Shown here one piece after another: positions 49,901-61,900 of a stretch of 64,000 nt of DNA. The position numbers were made by a program, and so were the translations under genes. The stretch covers positions 1-64,000 of the forward strand of contig QPMI01000224.1 in NCBI GenBank assembly GCA_004431415.1. Direction: 5' to 3'. The stretch's first letter is position 1; the number at the start of each line of letters is the position of its first letter. The notes under the pieces were generated by a model. It saw nothing but the letters and a program-made list of their open reading frames with translations. It was not told where the DNA came from and did no database searches. The DNA comes from Cyanophora paradoxa CCMP329. Its lineage: Eukaryota; Plantae; Glaucophyta.

Positions 49901-52900
49901 TGGGATTTGCGAGCATCACGCTCGTTGCTGATGCGGCTCCGTTACCCTCAACAGGGCTTCTCGTGGAGACGCAGGGTCTGTCCAGACCTAACCTGATTTC
50001 TGATTTCCTGTGACTCCTGTTTTCGAGCGCAGATCGTGCTAGTGTGCCTCGAATCATTTCAGCAACGAACTCTCCAAGTGTAATGACTGTTATGACAGTC
50101 CAGGGAGCAGGCTTCTCGCGCGGCGTACAATGTGAATTCGGCGACACTTTGCGCACCGCTGACCGGCTGCTCTCGACGGCGTTCCTTCTGTGCGAAATTT
50201 TCTGGGATTCATCAACGCAAGAGCGCGTTCTTTTCTCTATTGCGAAATACACAGCAACACTCTATGCCGGTGCCCCTCTCAAAAATCCCTTCACCAAGTA
50301 GATGTTTTATTCGCCGATCGCCAGATCTTCCCGAGGCACAAACCCCTGCAAGTCGACTCGCCGATATCCAAGGCGGGAGCTTGGTTCCTGCGTCTGGTCT
50401 GGGGCGACATGACAGCAGCGCCGTGTGTCGCTTCAATGGGCGAGTTCTGGTGGCAGGAATATCCAGGGGATACGGCGAAGCCTATTGCCCATCACCCGCA
50501 CTTGCGTCAGTTATTGTCAGCGGAGAGGTGTCGGTGAATGGCGTCGACTTTGTGCAAGCCTTCCACGTTAGCGTCCGCGGTTCGTTGCAGGCCGCATTAC
50601 ATTGAAGCTGCTGCTTATTTTCAACAGATTCGAGCTTCCGTCCGGTTGTGTCAGGCTCGATTGTTTCTCCATCTGCAGCTCTGGCGATTCTCCACAGCGG
50701 GATCCCTTTCGGGCATTCAGTGACATGCACTGTAGACGGGTCGCCAGTGACAGCAGCAGATGTTGTTTCGGCAACCGTTCTTGCTTGTCGATTTCTGCCT
50801 TCAGCATCAGGCATTGCCAGTGTCGGTCTGGCTGTAGGCAGCGGTCATAACAGCCTGGAAATTGCGAGTATCGAATTTCCTGGTACGCCGGACATGGGTA
50901 TCCAGAATCAAACGTGAGACTGATTGTTTCCGCAGAGCCGGCTAGTGTATGGGCCCTATCTCCCTCTGCAGTTTCCGCAGATGGCGGCGCCCTTGTGGTA
51001 ACGGGAAGAAATTTACCAATGCTGGCGCTCAACGGTCAGCTGTTATCGGTGTGCAAGAAACCGTCGTCTGCTGCGATCGTTGTGGAACTTGATGACCAAC
51101 GTTCTTCTTCAACGCCACCCTTCTTTGTTGCGAGCACATCATCGGCATTGCATCTGAGTGTTATTCCGTCGCTCACGGAACAGAGCCCAACTGTGCAAGC
51201 CGTCTTCAGCTCGACTGGGGGCACGCTTGATGTCTCGATCCCCTCGTCGCTCACTCCGCGTCGTCTCTTCTGCCGCATTCGTCGCACTGTTGTCGGTTGT
51301 GCAGCCTCATCTGCTTCTAGCGATGGAAGGATCACGTGCTCCCTGCCGGCACCTTTCCGGCAAACGAGTGACGCGGCACTCTCGGTTGACAGTGTCGCGT
51401 TCCTTCACGTGGCGTTCACTTCGCGTTCGGGTTCGTTTATTGTGCACCCGAATTTGGTTGATTTCTACATTTTCACGCTTGAAAACACAGACTCCGGTCA
51501 AATCGTATCCATCGTTGAGCCGAATGCAGTTTCGTCGCAAACAACAACTCTCGTCATGTTATCCGCATCCGTTTCTGGGATCGCAGGGCCAGCTCTTTAC
51601 TCGGTCATTGAACGCCAGGTGGTATTCTCGTCGGCAGGGTTCACTGCAGTAGACGCCACTCCTGGGACCTTCGTGCAGGCTTCGGTCTTTGGCGAGCGCT
51701 GCTGCTATCTCTCTGCGTCTTTTACACCACACTAATTGCTCGTGCTCAGACCCACCCAACTCAGTCGGCTTCCAGTCGTCAACTGTAGTTGTGGGCGCGG
51801 CGTTGCTGACTGTTGTTGGAAGAGATCTTTTTCAAAGGCCGGGCTTGCTCATCGAAATAGGCGGTGTCCACGTGGCGCCTATCTGTCGCGTGTCATCCGC
51901 ATGCCTTGTCGAAGCACCAACTCATTGGCAGTATCCTTCTGCAAGCCTGATCTTTCAGGGCAAAGTTCTGGGCACCATTTCAGGACCTGTGGTTGCAGCC
52001 GGTAAGCACACCACCAACAGGAAGATCATTTGTTCAGCACTCAAACATTGTGTTCCAGAAACACCTTCGTTCTCTTCGGCGAATGTTCATGAAATGGAAT
52101 CGCGTGGCGGAGCTTACGTGCACCTTAAAGACATCAGTAACTGCGAACGGACGAGCGTTATCTGTCGATTCGGTCGTGCTCTCACCAGCTCTGGCCGCAT
52201 ATCGGATGGCGAAGTTGTCTGCACCGCCCCAGCAATGGCCGAGAAAACTATTGAAGTCCGCTTCTCATGTGACGGCATGTATTACAGTACGTTTGCTGCA
52301 ACCGTTGACTTCCGAGGTATGTGCTTGCAACCCCATGTTCTTTCGAGCGTTGTTTTCTTTCCGAAACTATGACTTGCAGCACCGCTTTCCGCATCCTCTG
52401 TCATGGCCGATGTGGTTTTTGCCCAGACTTCGGTTGATGTTGCCATACAAGTCACTGCAGGCACATCATTCGAGGCCGTGCAATGCAAGCTGGCGAATTC
52501 AGTGAGCAAAGCCGTCATAAAATCCACGCGGCTTGTTGCATGTTTGGGATTGCCCGTCGATTATGCCTTCGGATTTCGTGCTCTCGGCCTTGCCGTGGGC
52601 GATGGAATGACTTCATGGACCCATCAAGCACTGTCTATATCGCTGCAACCTGCTTTACGTCGTGGCTTTCCGACCATCGCAATCGCGGGTCATCCAACGC
52701 TTCTTGCAGTCATTGGCAGCGACCTCAGCAACGAAGGCACACGAGATTTTCGGGCCAGGGTATTGTCCACCGCGTTTGGGGTGATCGACACGTCTTTCAG
52801 CTCCTTGCTTCGGCCCCTCGCGCTTGGTACGTGATGGCCGCAGAATGCGTTGTCTCAATTCGACATTAACAATACGCCAGACGTGTCATCTGTCACGTTG

Positions 52901-55900
52901 CAGCCAGCGCCGCAGCTTGATTCCAATGGAGGGTCGTCCCTTGAGCTCTCGCTGAAGCCTAACCAGGCTTTGATTGAGGCCTTGCAAGGTACCAGCTGCA
53001 GATTCAATGCGAAAGTCTTCGTGCAAGCGGAAGTTGGGGCGGCATCTGGAGCCCTGTGCTCGTCTCCAGCCCTGGCATTATCGCGAGGAATCGATTTCTC
53101 CGTCAACAATGCAGATTTCTGGCCGGTTTCGGATGCGCTTGTTCCACGTGGTCTGTGCAATGAGCGATAATGGCTGAAACGCTAGCGCGGCTGACCGACA
53201 TCGCAGTAATATCGAGCGAGGTGTGGGTGCACGCAGACTCGCGAATCGCATCCTTGTCCAAAAGCGTGCTGCTCTCCTTGAGCGACCTCCCGTCGAGCCC
53301 GTCATGTTCCATCAATGGAGTCATGGGCTCAGGAGTACGACTTGGGCCCAATTGCGCCATATGTTTCCTTTCAAGAGTGAGTGTTGGGTTTGCTACGGTC
53401 GGCCTAGCTTCCTCTTCAACATCAAACCAAGCGTCCCTCGAATTTATCGGTGCATTTTTCTTAGCGAGCTATTAGCCGTCGCCGAGTATTGAGTTCTCTC
53501 AGATGATCCCGCGATCTCAGCAATTGTTCCCACGGTTGTGGTTTCAGCACAAAGCTCGCTTGTTTATCTAAGCGGAAACCTCGTGAAATCCGTCCGCGTT
53601 GGAATTGAGTCGTCGCTTGCAACTTTCGTTGCCTTTTCAACGGCTTTCCGCGTCATGGAGATGCCTTGGGAAGTCGTGACAGGCAAAGTATCCATTCAGT
53701 ACTGGGTCGATGAGAGCTTCATGCAAACCGCGTCATTGGATAACGTTGGTACATGTCACCTTTTCTGGAATGTATTCTTGTGCTCTCGTAATTCATCGCA
53801 ACAGACTATGCGGTGTTAATTGATGGAGTTCCTGTAGTGCCCACGTCAAATCATGGTGGCGGCGAACTAACCTTCAATCTGCCAGTAACGGATAGCCGGC
53901 TCAAGCTCGCCTCCTCGATGCGAATCGGCGGAAAGACCGTGGTCCGTATTGTGAATGGAGCAGTTGTGCTTCCTGCTGGTCATGCAGGTTCGACTATGGG
54001 GGTGGAGGTCGCAATCTGCAGTGCGGAATTCGTGGCAGTAAACACGCGGGTGAAGGTGTACGGTCCGTGTTTTGGCGATCAATCCATCCCTGAAGAATAC
54101 CAATGACCCGTGCATCCAGACTACGAGGCTGTGCGCGGAGTGCAACTCGCGTCATTGACCGGCGTGCCCCGTCGCCAGTTCTCTCTATTTGTTCAGGACA
54201 TGGCTTCAGTCAGACCTGACGCATGCTTGATCGATGCAATGACATTGGTACACCAATCGGTTTCGATAAATCTTCTCACCTGCACGCTGTCCACATCGCG
54301 CGTCGGCTTCTTCACGACGGGTGTGCGCTCTCTCAGCGGAGAATTGCTCTTCGGGCCAATTGTGGAAGTTCGATCTCCCGGAACAGTCGTTTCCACCGTT
54401 CCTTCAGTGCTAATGTCTTCGGGCGGCGATCTGGTGTTTGTTGCGGGGCGAGATGGTTGCAGTGCCGAAATGCGTCTTGCGGAGCAGGAGCTGCCGGTTC
54501 AGCGGCAAATGTCAACAGCCCTTTGCCTTGCCGAGTCTGTTGAAGTAGAAGCCGGCACTGTCGCCCTAAACTTTGCTGGTGGGGATGTATCATGCATTTC
54601 TGTCGGTGTGTGGTCTTCAGATAGTTTCAAACGTCTTCCTTAGCTAACTCGTTCCTTATTGCAGACGCGGTATCCCAAGTGTCCCTCAGCTCAGGAAACT
54701 CTCAATCTTCGGGAGGGGCGAGCGTGTTGCTTTCGGGCTCAACGTTCTCGTCTTTGGCAGATTACGGGTGCCGCTTTGGACAGATCTCCGTTCTCGCACA
54801 TCGCACGGCACCAACAACGATTGAGTGCATCTCGCCGGCCACCGAGGCGACCTCGGTCTTCCTCACGGAGAACCGCATTGCGACGGCCATGACAGGCACT
54901 CTATTGATGACCGGTATAATTGTTTAATTATACGTGTTTTGAATCGTTTCTCAACCTTGCTGCAGACTCGCTTAAGACAGTCATTGCACACACCTCTCTT
55001 GTGACCATGCCTACGGGAATTATTGTGTTCGCTGCCAAGAGACTGCAAGATGTGTCTTCCGGTCTCGTTTGCGCTCTTGACGCTTCGTTAGCTCCTGCTC
55101 AGCGCGTGGGAAGCGTGAGCGGATTTTGCTCGCCGTCCGTCACAGCTGTTGGCTACGTCACACTCGATGTCCATGGTGCACAGACGACTGTTTCGCTCGC
55201 CTGTGCGTTTTTCTGGACCTGTTTGCTGTGGCCCGCCCACCTTGATGTTCTTGCAGATCGCCCAGAAATATTTGAGTTCTACCCCACGCTGGTGCCCTCC
55301 TTGGGATCGTCACTTGTCGTGGTGGCAGGGAAGGGAATGCTCGGCAACATCGCTTGCCGTGGTGGACAGGCTGAACGAGTACCTTATGCGGCGCAGTCAA
55401 CCGGCCTGCTCATCTGTGAACTGCAAGTTCTTCATGGCACCCACGATCTCACTGTGGTCACCGAGGACTCGGCTGAGATCGGGCATGTCCGCCTTCGTAC
55501 GTATGACATTCCGTCAAGCGTGGAAGCTATCGTGGTGTCTCAAGGCGTCAACGGAGTCATCGTTCGAGTATCACTTTCACATGGCATCTCTGAGCATTTC
55601 GCGGCTTGTCGGCTCAGTACCAAGACCGTCGTGCACGCGACGGTGGACAGTGCGTACAGGGCAACTTGTCTGGCACCACAAATGGCGGCAGGATTCGCAC
55701 CCGTGGTGGAATTTTCTGTCAACGGAGTGGACTTTGAAATTGTTCCATCAACCCTGTCGATTGGTGCGAATCTGCCTCTGAATCGACTACTAGTTGTCGC
55801 TCCGACACGTTTTGTGACAGGGTCCTCTTCTGCTCCAGGGTCGGATTCCTCAGCTCCGAGCATAGCCGTGGTCTCCCCACCAAGGTCACCAACACAAGGC

Positions 55901-58900
55901 GGCGCTGTTTTTGTCGTCGTGGGGCGCGATGCTCTCCAGGCATCACTTGTCTGCCAGATCGGCGATTCACTGTTGGGGCAAGTCAGCGTCTCATCATCTC
56001 GTGCACACGCATGCATAACTGCAAGCGGGTCTGCTGGCTGGAGTCTGCTTGCGTTGTCTGGAGCGTTCGGAAGTGCCACATTTGCGTTCGAATACTTCGG
56101 TGTGCTTCTTCCTTATGTGCACTGTCTGCTTGCTCTGATCCGTCCAGCAGAGCCGCCCCAAGTTTCCCTCTCTGTTCCTGCAAGCTATGCGGCAAGCGGC
56201 GACATTGTGCTTCTTTCAGGACAGCTTTTTTCAGACTCCGACACGTGCACGACCCAGAACGGCAAGTTGTCATCGAGAAAACTTTCATCGACCGCAATTC
56301 TGTGCGAAATGCCGACATCTCAGCTCGGGTCCCACCAGCTGTGGGTCGAGAACAGCGTCAACGCAGTGAGCGTGTCCGGTCTTTCAAGTGAGATAGGAAT
56401 TGAGTTCGGCGTTCTTTTGGCGGGAGATGGCGGATCGCTTCTGTACATCACCAAGCTACCCTCCGATGGGCCTGTCTATCCCGTTTGCCATTTTGCACGG
56501 GTTGCTGTGTCATCCACTTCCGTGCTCGGGGGCACGGTTGCGTGCTGCTCCCCAAGTCTTCGGCGTGGTCCAACCACTGTGTCGATTGGCGTTCATGCTG
56601 GCGACGTTTCAGCTGTCGTGCTCCCAAGCGCTGTGAGAGGTGTGAGCTACTCGCTTATTGTTGCGCCGAAATTTGAAGCCCGCGAGCAGATCGAGTTCTG
56701 GGGAGACTGAACACTGGCCTTGTTCCCGTGCCTGGACACGCCTGGGTCTCATTTGCTTTGTCTTCACAAATAATCTCAGCGTTTTGCATGATTGGATCTT
56801 GGAGGATCCCAGCTGTCGTGACAGCATCACATGCAGCGTGTAAAGTCTCGGGCTTCAAAGACGGTTTTGCGACCGTCGCGCTTGAATCAAATGGCACCGA
56901 TGTAATGCTGAGCCATGAGTCGGTGGCGGAGTTCTTAACAGCAGCGTCCATTGTATCTGTGTTACCATCATCTGCGAGCGTTGCAGGAAACACGCTCGTC
57001 ACTTTCTCGGGCAGCAACCTCCTCAGCTCGACCTCCCTATGCACTCTTGCAGGCAAGGAGCCTGGGCGAGGCCGTCGCGTGTCATCCGCTGCCTTCCTCT
57101 GCGAGCTCCCGACATCGCGCAAGGATGTCAACAGTGCCGAGTATATACTCTCGCCGTCAACCGCACCCGTGAGTGCTTCACTCTCCTTCTTCGATGGTGC
57201 GTTTATTGGCGATTTTTTGCCAGTACTTTGTGTCTCGTCCCTGAGGCTGCTGCAGACTTGCAATGGCAAACATCGCCCATCGCTGTGCAAAGCGCGGAAA
57301 CTGGTGGGTCTGGCATCGGTGTGCATGTCCCCAGTCCTCTCTCTGCAAACACTCGGTCATGGCTTCGCGTGCACGGCCGTTTCCATGTGCTCCTGGACGA
57401 TACCACACAGTCAATCCTCCCAGCACTGCGCGCTGGACGATACTCCACTGACGTGGCGTGGAATGCTGTTGACTACAACTTCCTAGACATGACAGTGACC
57501 GTCTCAGGTGCGCTGTCTGTCTGTTGCGTGTTCGATTCGCTCGGACCTCCCATATTTTTGTTATCGCACAGATGCTGTTCGGGTCGGATCGATTTCTCGA
57601 GACATTGTAACAACCAGCGGCAGCTCCGTTCTTGATCTGTCTGGAGACAGTTTCACGGTTTCGAGCTGCATTTTTGGCACTGCCCAAGTCACAGGGCAGC
57701 TATTGTCAAGCCATGCATTGAGTTGCAGTGCACCCGTCAGTGCCGCGGGCTTCATAGCCTTGTCAGTGAGCATGTCGCGTGTGTCACTGTCGCTTTTGGT
57801 AGCAGGTATGTATCGCTTGGGGAATACGTTATTCTAACATTACTTACAATTAACACAGAGTCGCCCGAGAGGTTGAAGGTCCAGTCGAGAACTGTCATCC
57901 GCGGAGTCAGCATGCTCGTTGTGGAGTCGACGAACCTGCGCACTGGATCTTCATGCGTTTTCGACATGGATGCAGTGCAGGCCCGGGCAATCGTCATCTC
58001 GACATCGCTTGCACTTTGCGAAGCGCCCGTCATCTGGACTGGCTTGATGCTTGGTATCGCCGTTGAGCGGAAGAATGAAGCACATGCTTCCCTGGATGGA
58101 GGGCTGCAGACTTTGCCTGATCTCCTTGCGGTCTCCCCTTCGTCTGCTGGAGTATCGGGCGGCACAACGCTGTCGTTAACGAGCCGCGAGCCTCTTTCTT
58201 TGACTGCGACTAGTGTCTGCCGTATGGGAAAGATTCTGGTCGCTGCAGTTTATGATGGCGTTTCCGGATCAGCTCTGTGCTCCGTACCGAGCCAAGCCCT
58301 CAAGAAGACTTCGCTCACGGTCGATCTGTCTCTCAATCGCCAGGATTTCTCGTTCACAGCATTCGAAGTCGACCTGCATGGTAATTGATTTTCTATGCCG
58401 ATTATTTTGGTGCACTCACACACTTTCCTCGATTCAATATCAGATTCCGGGTCTTCGCCAGCAGTAATTCACGCCGACACGTCTTCAAATACTCTTATCG
58501 TTGCAGGGCGCGGGATCGGTGTCGCTTCAGCGTGCGTTTTGAACAGCCAGGTCCGATCACCGGCCAGCTCACAGCCATCGGCGCTCGCATGCTCCATTTC
58601 ATCAGCCGACTATGGCTTCTTGGCCGTTTCTGTGATTTCGTACCAGCAAACGATTCTGCTAGATTCAGGACCTGTGGCGGCTGTGATGGCGCCCAGCTTG
58701 TCACTCATTGTTCCTGCAAGTCCAGCTCGCGAAGGCCGCACTCTCGCTCATGTCGCTGGTACACACATGCTCAGCGTCGTGCGGATCCGGGCTGGCTCTG
58801 AGGTACTACTTGTGGATAACCGCGTATCCAGTGTGTTCGCATTATCGGAATTTGCGGCGCCGGATGCCACCACCGTATATTTGGCTGCCTCGCCGAATAA

Positions 58901-61900
58901 CGGACTCTCCATAAGCCCTTCAGATTTCGCCGTCAACGCAATTTCGGCATCTTTCAATGTGCAATCCAATGGTGGATCCCTTGTATCGGTTCGCGTCTCA
59001 TCCGCTGCAAGCTTCGGTCGACCCCTTTGTCGGCTACGCTCAGTCATCGTGCTCGGTTCAGCCGATGGCGCTTCTCTCCATTGCAGCACGCCTGCGTTGT
59101 CACCATCGCGCATTTCCCTCGAGACTTCATTCAACGGCGTTGACTTTTACGTGACCGATGTGATTATCCTTTTCTCCGGTCAGATTTTGCTGCGCAGATT
59201 CGTTGCCTTTGATTTTTCTTGAGTGTCCAATCCCTGCGCAGATCAAGCGATGTTGTCGTATGTGTCGCCGTCATACGTAGTGGCAGGCGAGCCTACCGTC
59301 CTATCTGTTGCAGGACTGCGGATGAAAATGGTCAAGGCAATGGCGTTCGACCAAATCACTTCGGAAGCAAGCAGTGAGGACAACGTGGCACGTGTCACTG
59401 CCCCTGTGTTGCAGACCGGCTTCGTGTACGTCAGAGACTTCGGGGGGCCGATGCAGCGTCAGCCATTGGTCGTTTCTGTGATCGGTCTGCCCCTTTTTGC
59501 GGAAAAGCCGGCCGCGACATTTGTTCTCATCTCTTTTTGCAGAACCATCGCAGGCTGGAGCTGTTTCGCCAGCATTCAGGATGTCTCTCTCCCCATCCCT
59601 CATCACTCTTTTGGGCGACTACCCTGTCGAACCCTTGTGTCACTTCGGCTCGCTCGGAACATCTCGTGGACGCTCATTATCAACAGCAATCGCCCTTTGC
59701 GAAGCGCTCTGCGATTCCGTTGAAGAATCGGCGGAAATAGTGTGGATATCCGGATTTAGATCCTCGTCAGGCACCATAGACATTCTTCGTGCGTGCAAAT
59801 TGCTTTGCTGACCTGTGCTGCTCTTTCTCACCTAGACTACTTTTTCTCACCTTTAACACAGCTACTGTATCTTGGAGACACGCTGCATTTGTTCCCTTCG
59901 AACAAGGAGGACAACAGCTCGTTGTCGGGGCTGGATCGATTTCCACAGCGCGAAGGACGCGCTGCAGGTTTGGTTCAGTACATGTGATGAGCACTGCAGC
60001 CACCGGTCTGGACGCAGAATGCGTCTCCCCGAGTCTGGTGCCGGGGTTCCAGTTTGATCCGGACTTCTCGATTGATGGGGAGATTTTCGATCGCCCAGTG
60101 CATGCGCTGTCACTCCTGCACATTGTCCAAGGTAAGCATCTCTTTTGAGAGCGCGAATCTGAATTTCCGACTGTTTTCTTTTCAGCGTCTTCCACCAGCA
60201 CTCTCGGTGATGCTGCCCTAGATGTCACGATGCCGGGTGAGCTGCGTTGCTTCGCTGCTGCTCCCTATGTGCCCTGATTTCCTGCAGATCTCGCGTTTGT
60301 CTTCGACGTGATTCCACAGGCTTTGTCTCGTTTGTCGTCGACGTTGGCTGTCATCACAGGAAGTGGATTTGTGTCATCACCGTTGACGCGCTGCGTCGTC
60401 CTGGAAGAAACCTCACCACTGCTCGTACTCTCAACCTGCTTTGGCGTATGCGAGCTCGCTACATCGTACGCACATGCCGGGGACGACTACGCTCAGCTAT
60501 TCATTCGCAACGCTCGCGATGCTGTGGGGCCGATTCTCCAGCTACGTGCTGAAAGTTCATCTCCCGTTCTCCCGCCCCGAGCAATTGTTCAGTTGCTCAC
60601 ATCCTCTCCAGATGAGATCGGAATGCGACTTCCAGCATCTCAGTTGTCGAGAGTGCCAGAGAGCGGTGGAATCGTAGTCTCGTTCCGTTCTGTCGCGTCG
60701 GACCGTCCCGTCTTCTGCAGATTGTCATCCGTCGCAACAAGCGCTCTTGTGAAGCAGTCCGGAGCTTCAGAATGCATCCTGCCTGCACACAAGCCTGGCA
60801 TAGCTCGGTTTGATATTCTGGTCGGCTCACAAGACATTTCGCATCCCCTAGGCGAGATCACATACTACAGTGTGTTGCTTGTTGTTTGCCCAAGTAGAGG
60901 ACGCCCTTAACTTGTTTGCATGCGCAGCAGCACCTGCAGGCTTGATTCTTTTGTCTACCCGCGTGTCCCGAGGCGGCCAGGTCACAGCAATGATTGGGTT
61001 GCGGCGAAACGCCGAGATGTCTGACCTGCAAATTGATGATGTTGGCCTGCTGGTACTTGATGCATCTCAGCTGGAAGGCACCTCTCCGCTTTCAGCCGGC
61101 TTTGCGTCCATTCTGAGTCTCCACGTTAGCAAGTCGTTTGCGACGGTATCTGTTTTCACAGGTATTTTGGCTCTCTGTAATGTATCTTTGTGGCAAGCGA
61201 TGCCGCTCACTGTCGTACAGATGGACCTGCCGTCCACACCGTCGTGCCATCTGCACTCGACGTCAGGGGAGGGCTGGTCACCGCATTGACGTCTCACATG
61301 GCCGATGCGGTCGCTGAGTGCCTCTGGGGAGTGGCGTCGACAGGCTCTGCTCGCCCACTCAGCACTGCTTTCGTTGTCTGTGATGGCGGCACATTCAGTG
61401 TGAAGGGTCATCTGCGACTTGCTGTCGCCACAAGTACATCCACTTCCGAAAGTTCGCCGGTATCAATCATGCAAGGTAGTCCTTCCTTTTTTGATGCTTG
61501 AGTGACCGGCGTTCTGACACCCATGAAGCTGCCGTGTCTGAATTCACGTTCTCCCGTCTAACGATCTCTTCTTTGGGCGGATCAACGGTGCCATTGACCG
61601 GATGCAGTGAACTTGATATACTGCCTGCGTGCTTCTTCGAGCAGATCCGGGTCGCATCCTACTGCCAGGGCGTTATGATCGTTTGCTCGGCCCCATCCTT
61701 TGTCGTATCCAACAAAGCTACTGCTGTCGGCTGGTCTTTCGGATCAGTATCAGATGCGTTCTCGACATCCCACGTTGCAGTTACAGGTGCGTTGTGCAGT
61801 GTCATTCATTTGAAGCAACGTCCTGAAAGGCATTGTCAGATGCGAATATCGTTTTTTCATCTGCGTCTGCAACCATGGCCACCATCACAGGCTCCGTTGT

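Noticed and set aside
51931-51938. GTATCCTT, a possible GT-AG U12 donor
   Set aside because: It is within an open IPT-domain frame, no TCCTTRAC follows, and an ordinary GTAAGC donor occurs shortly after.
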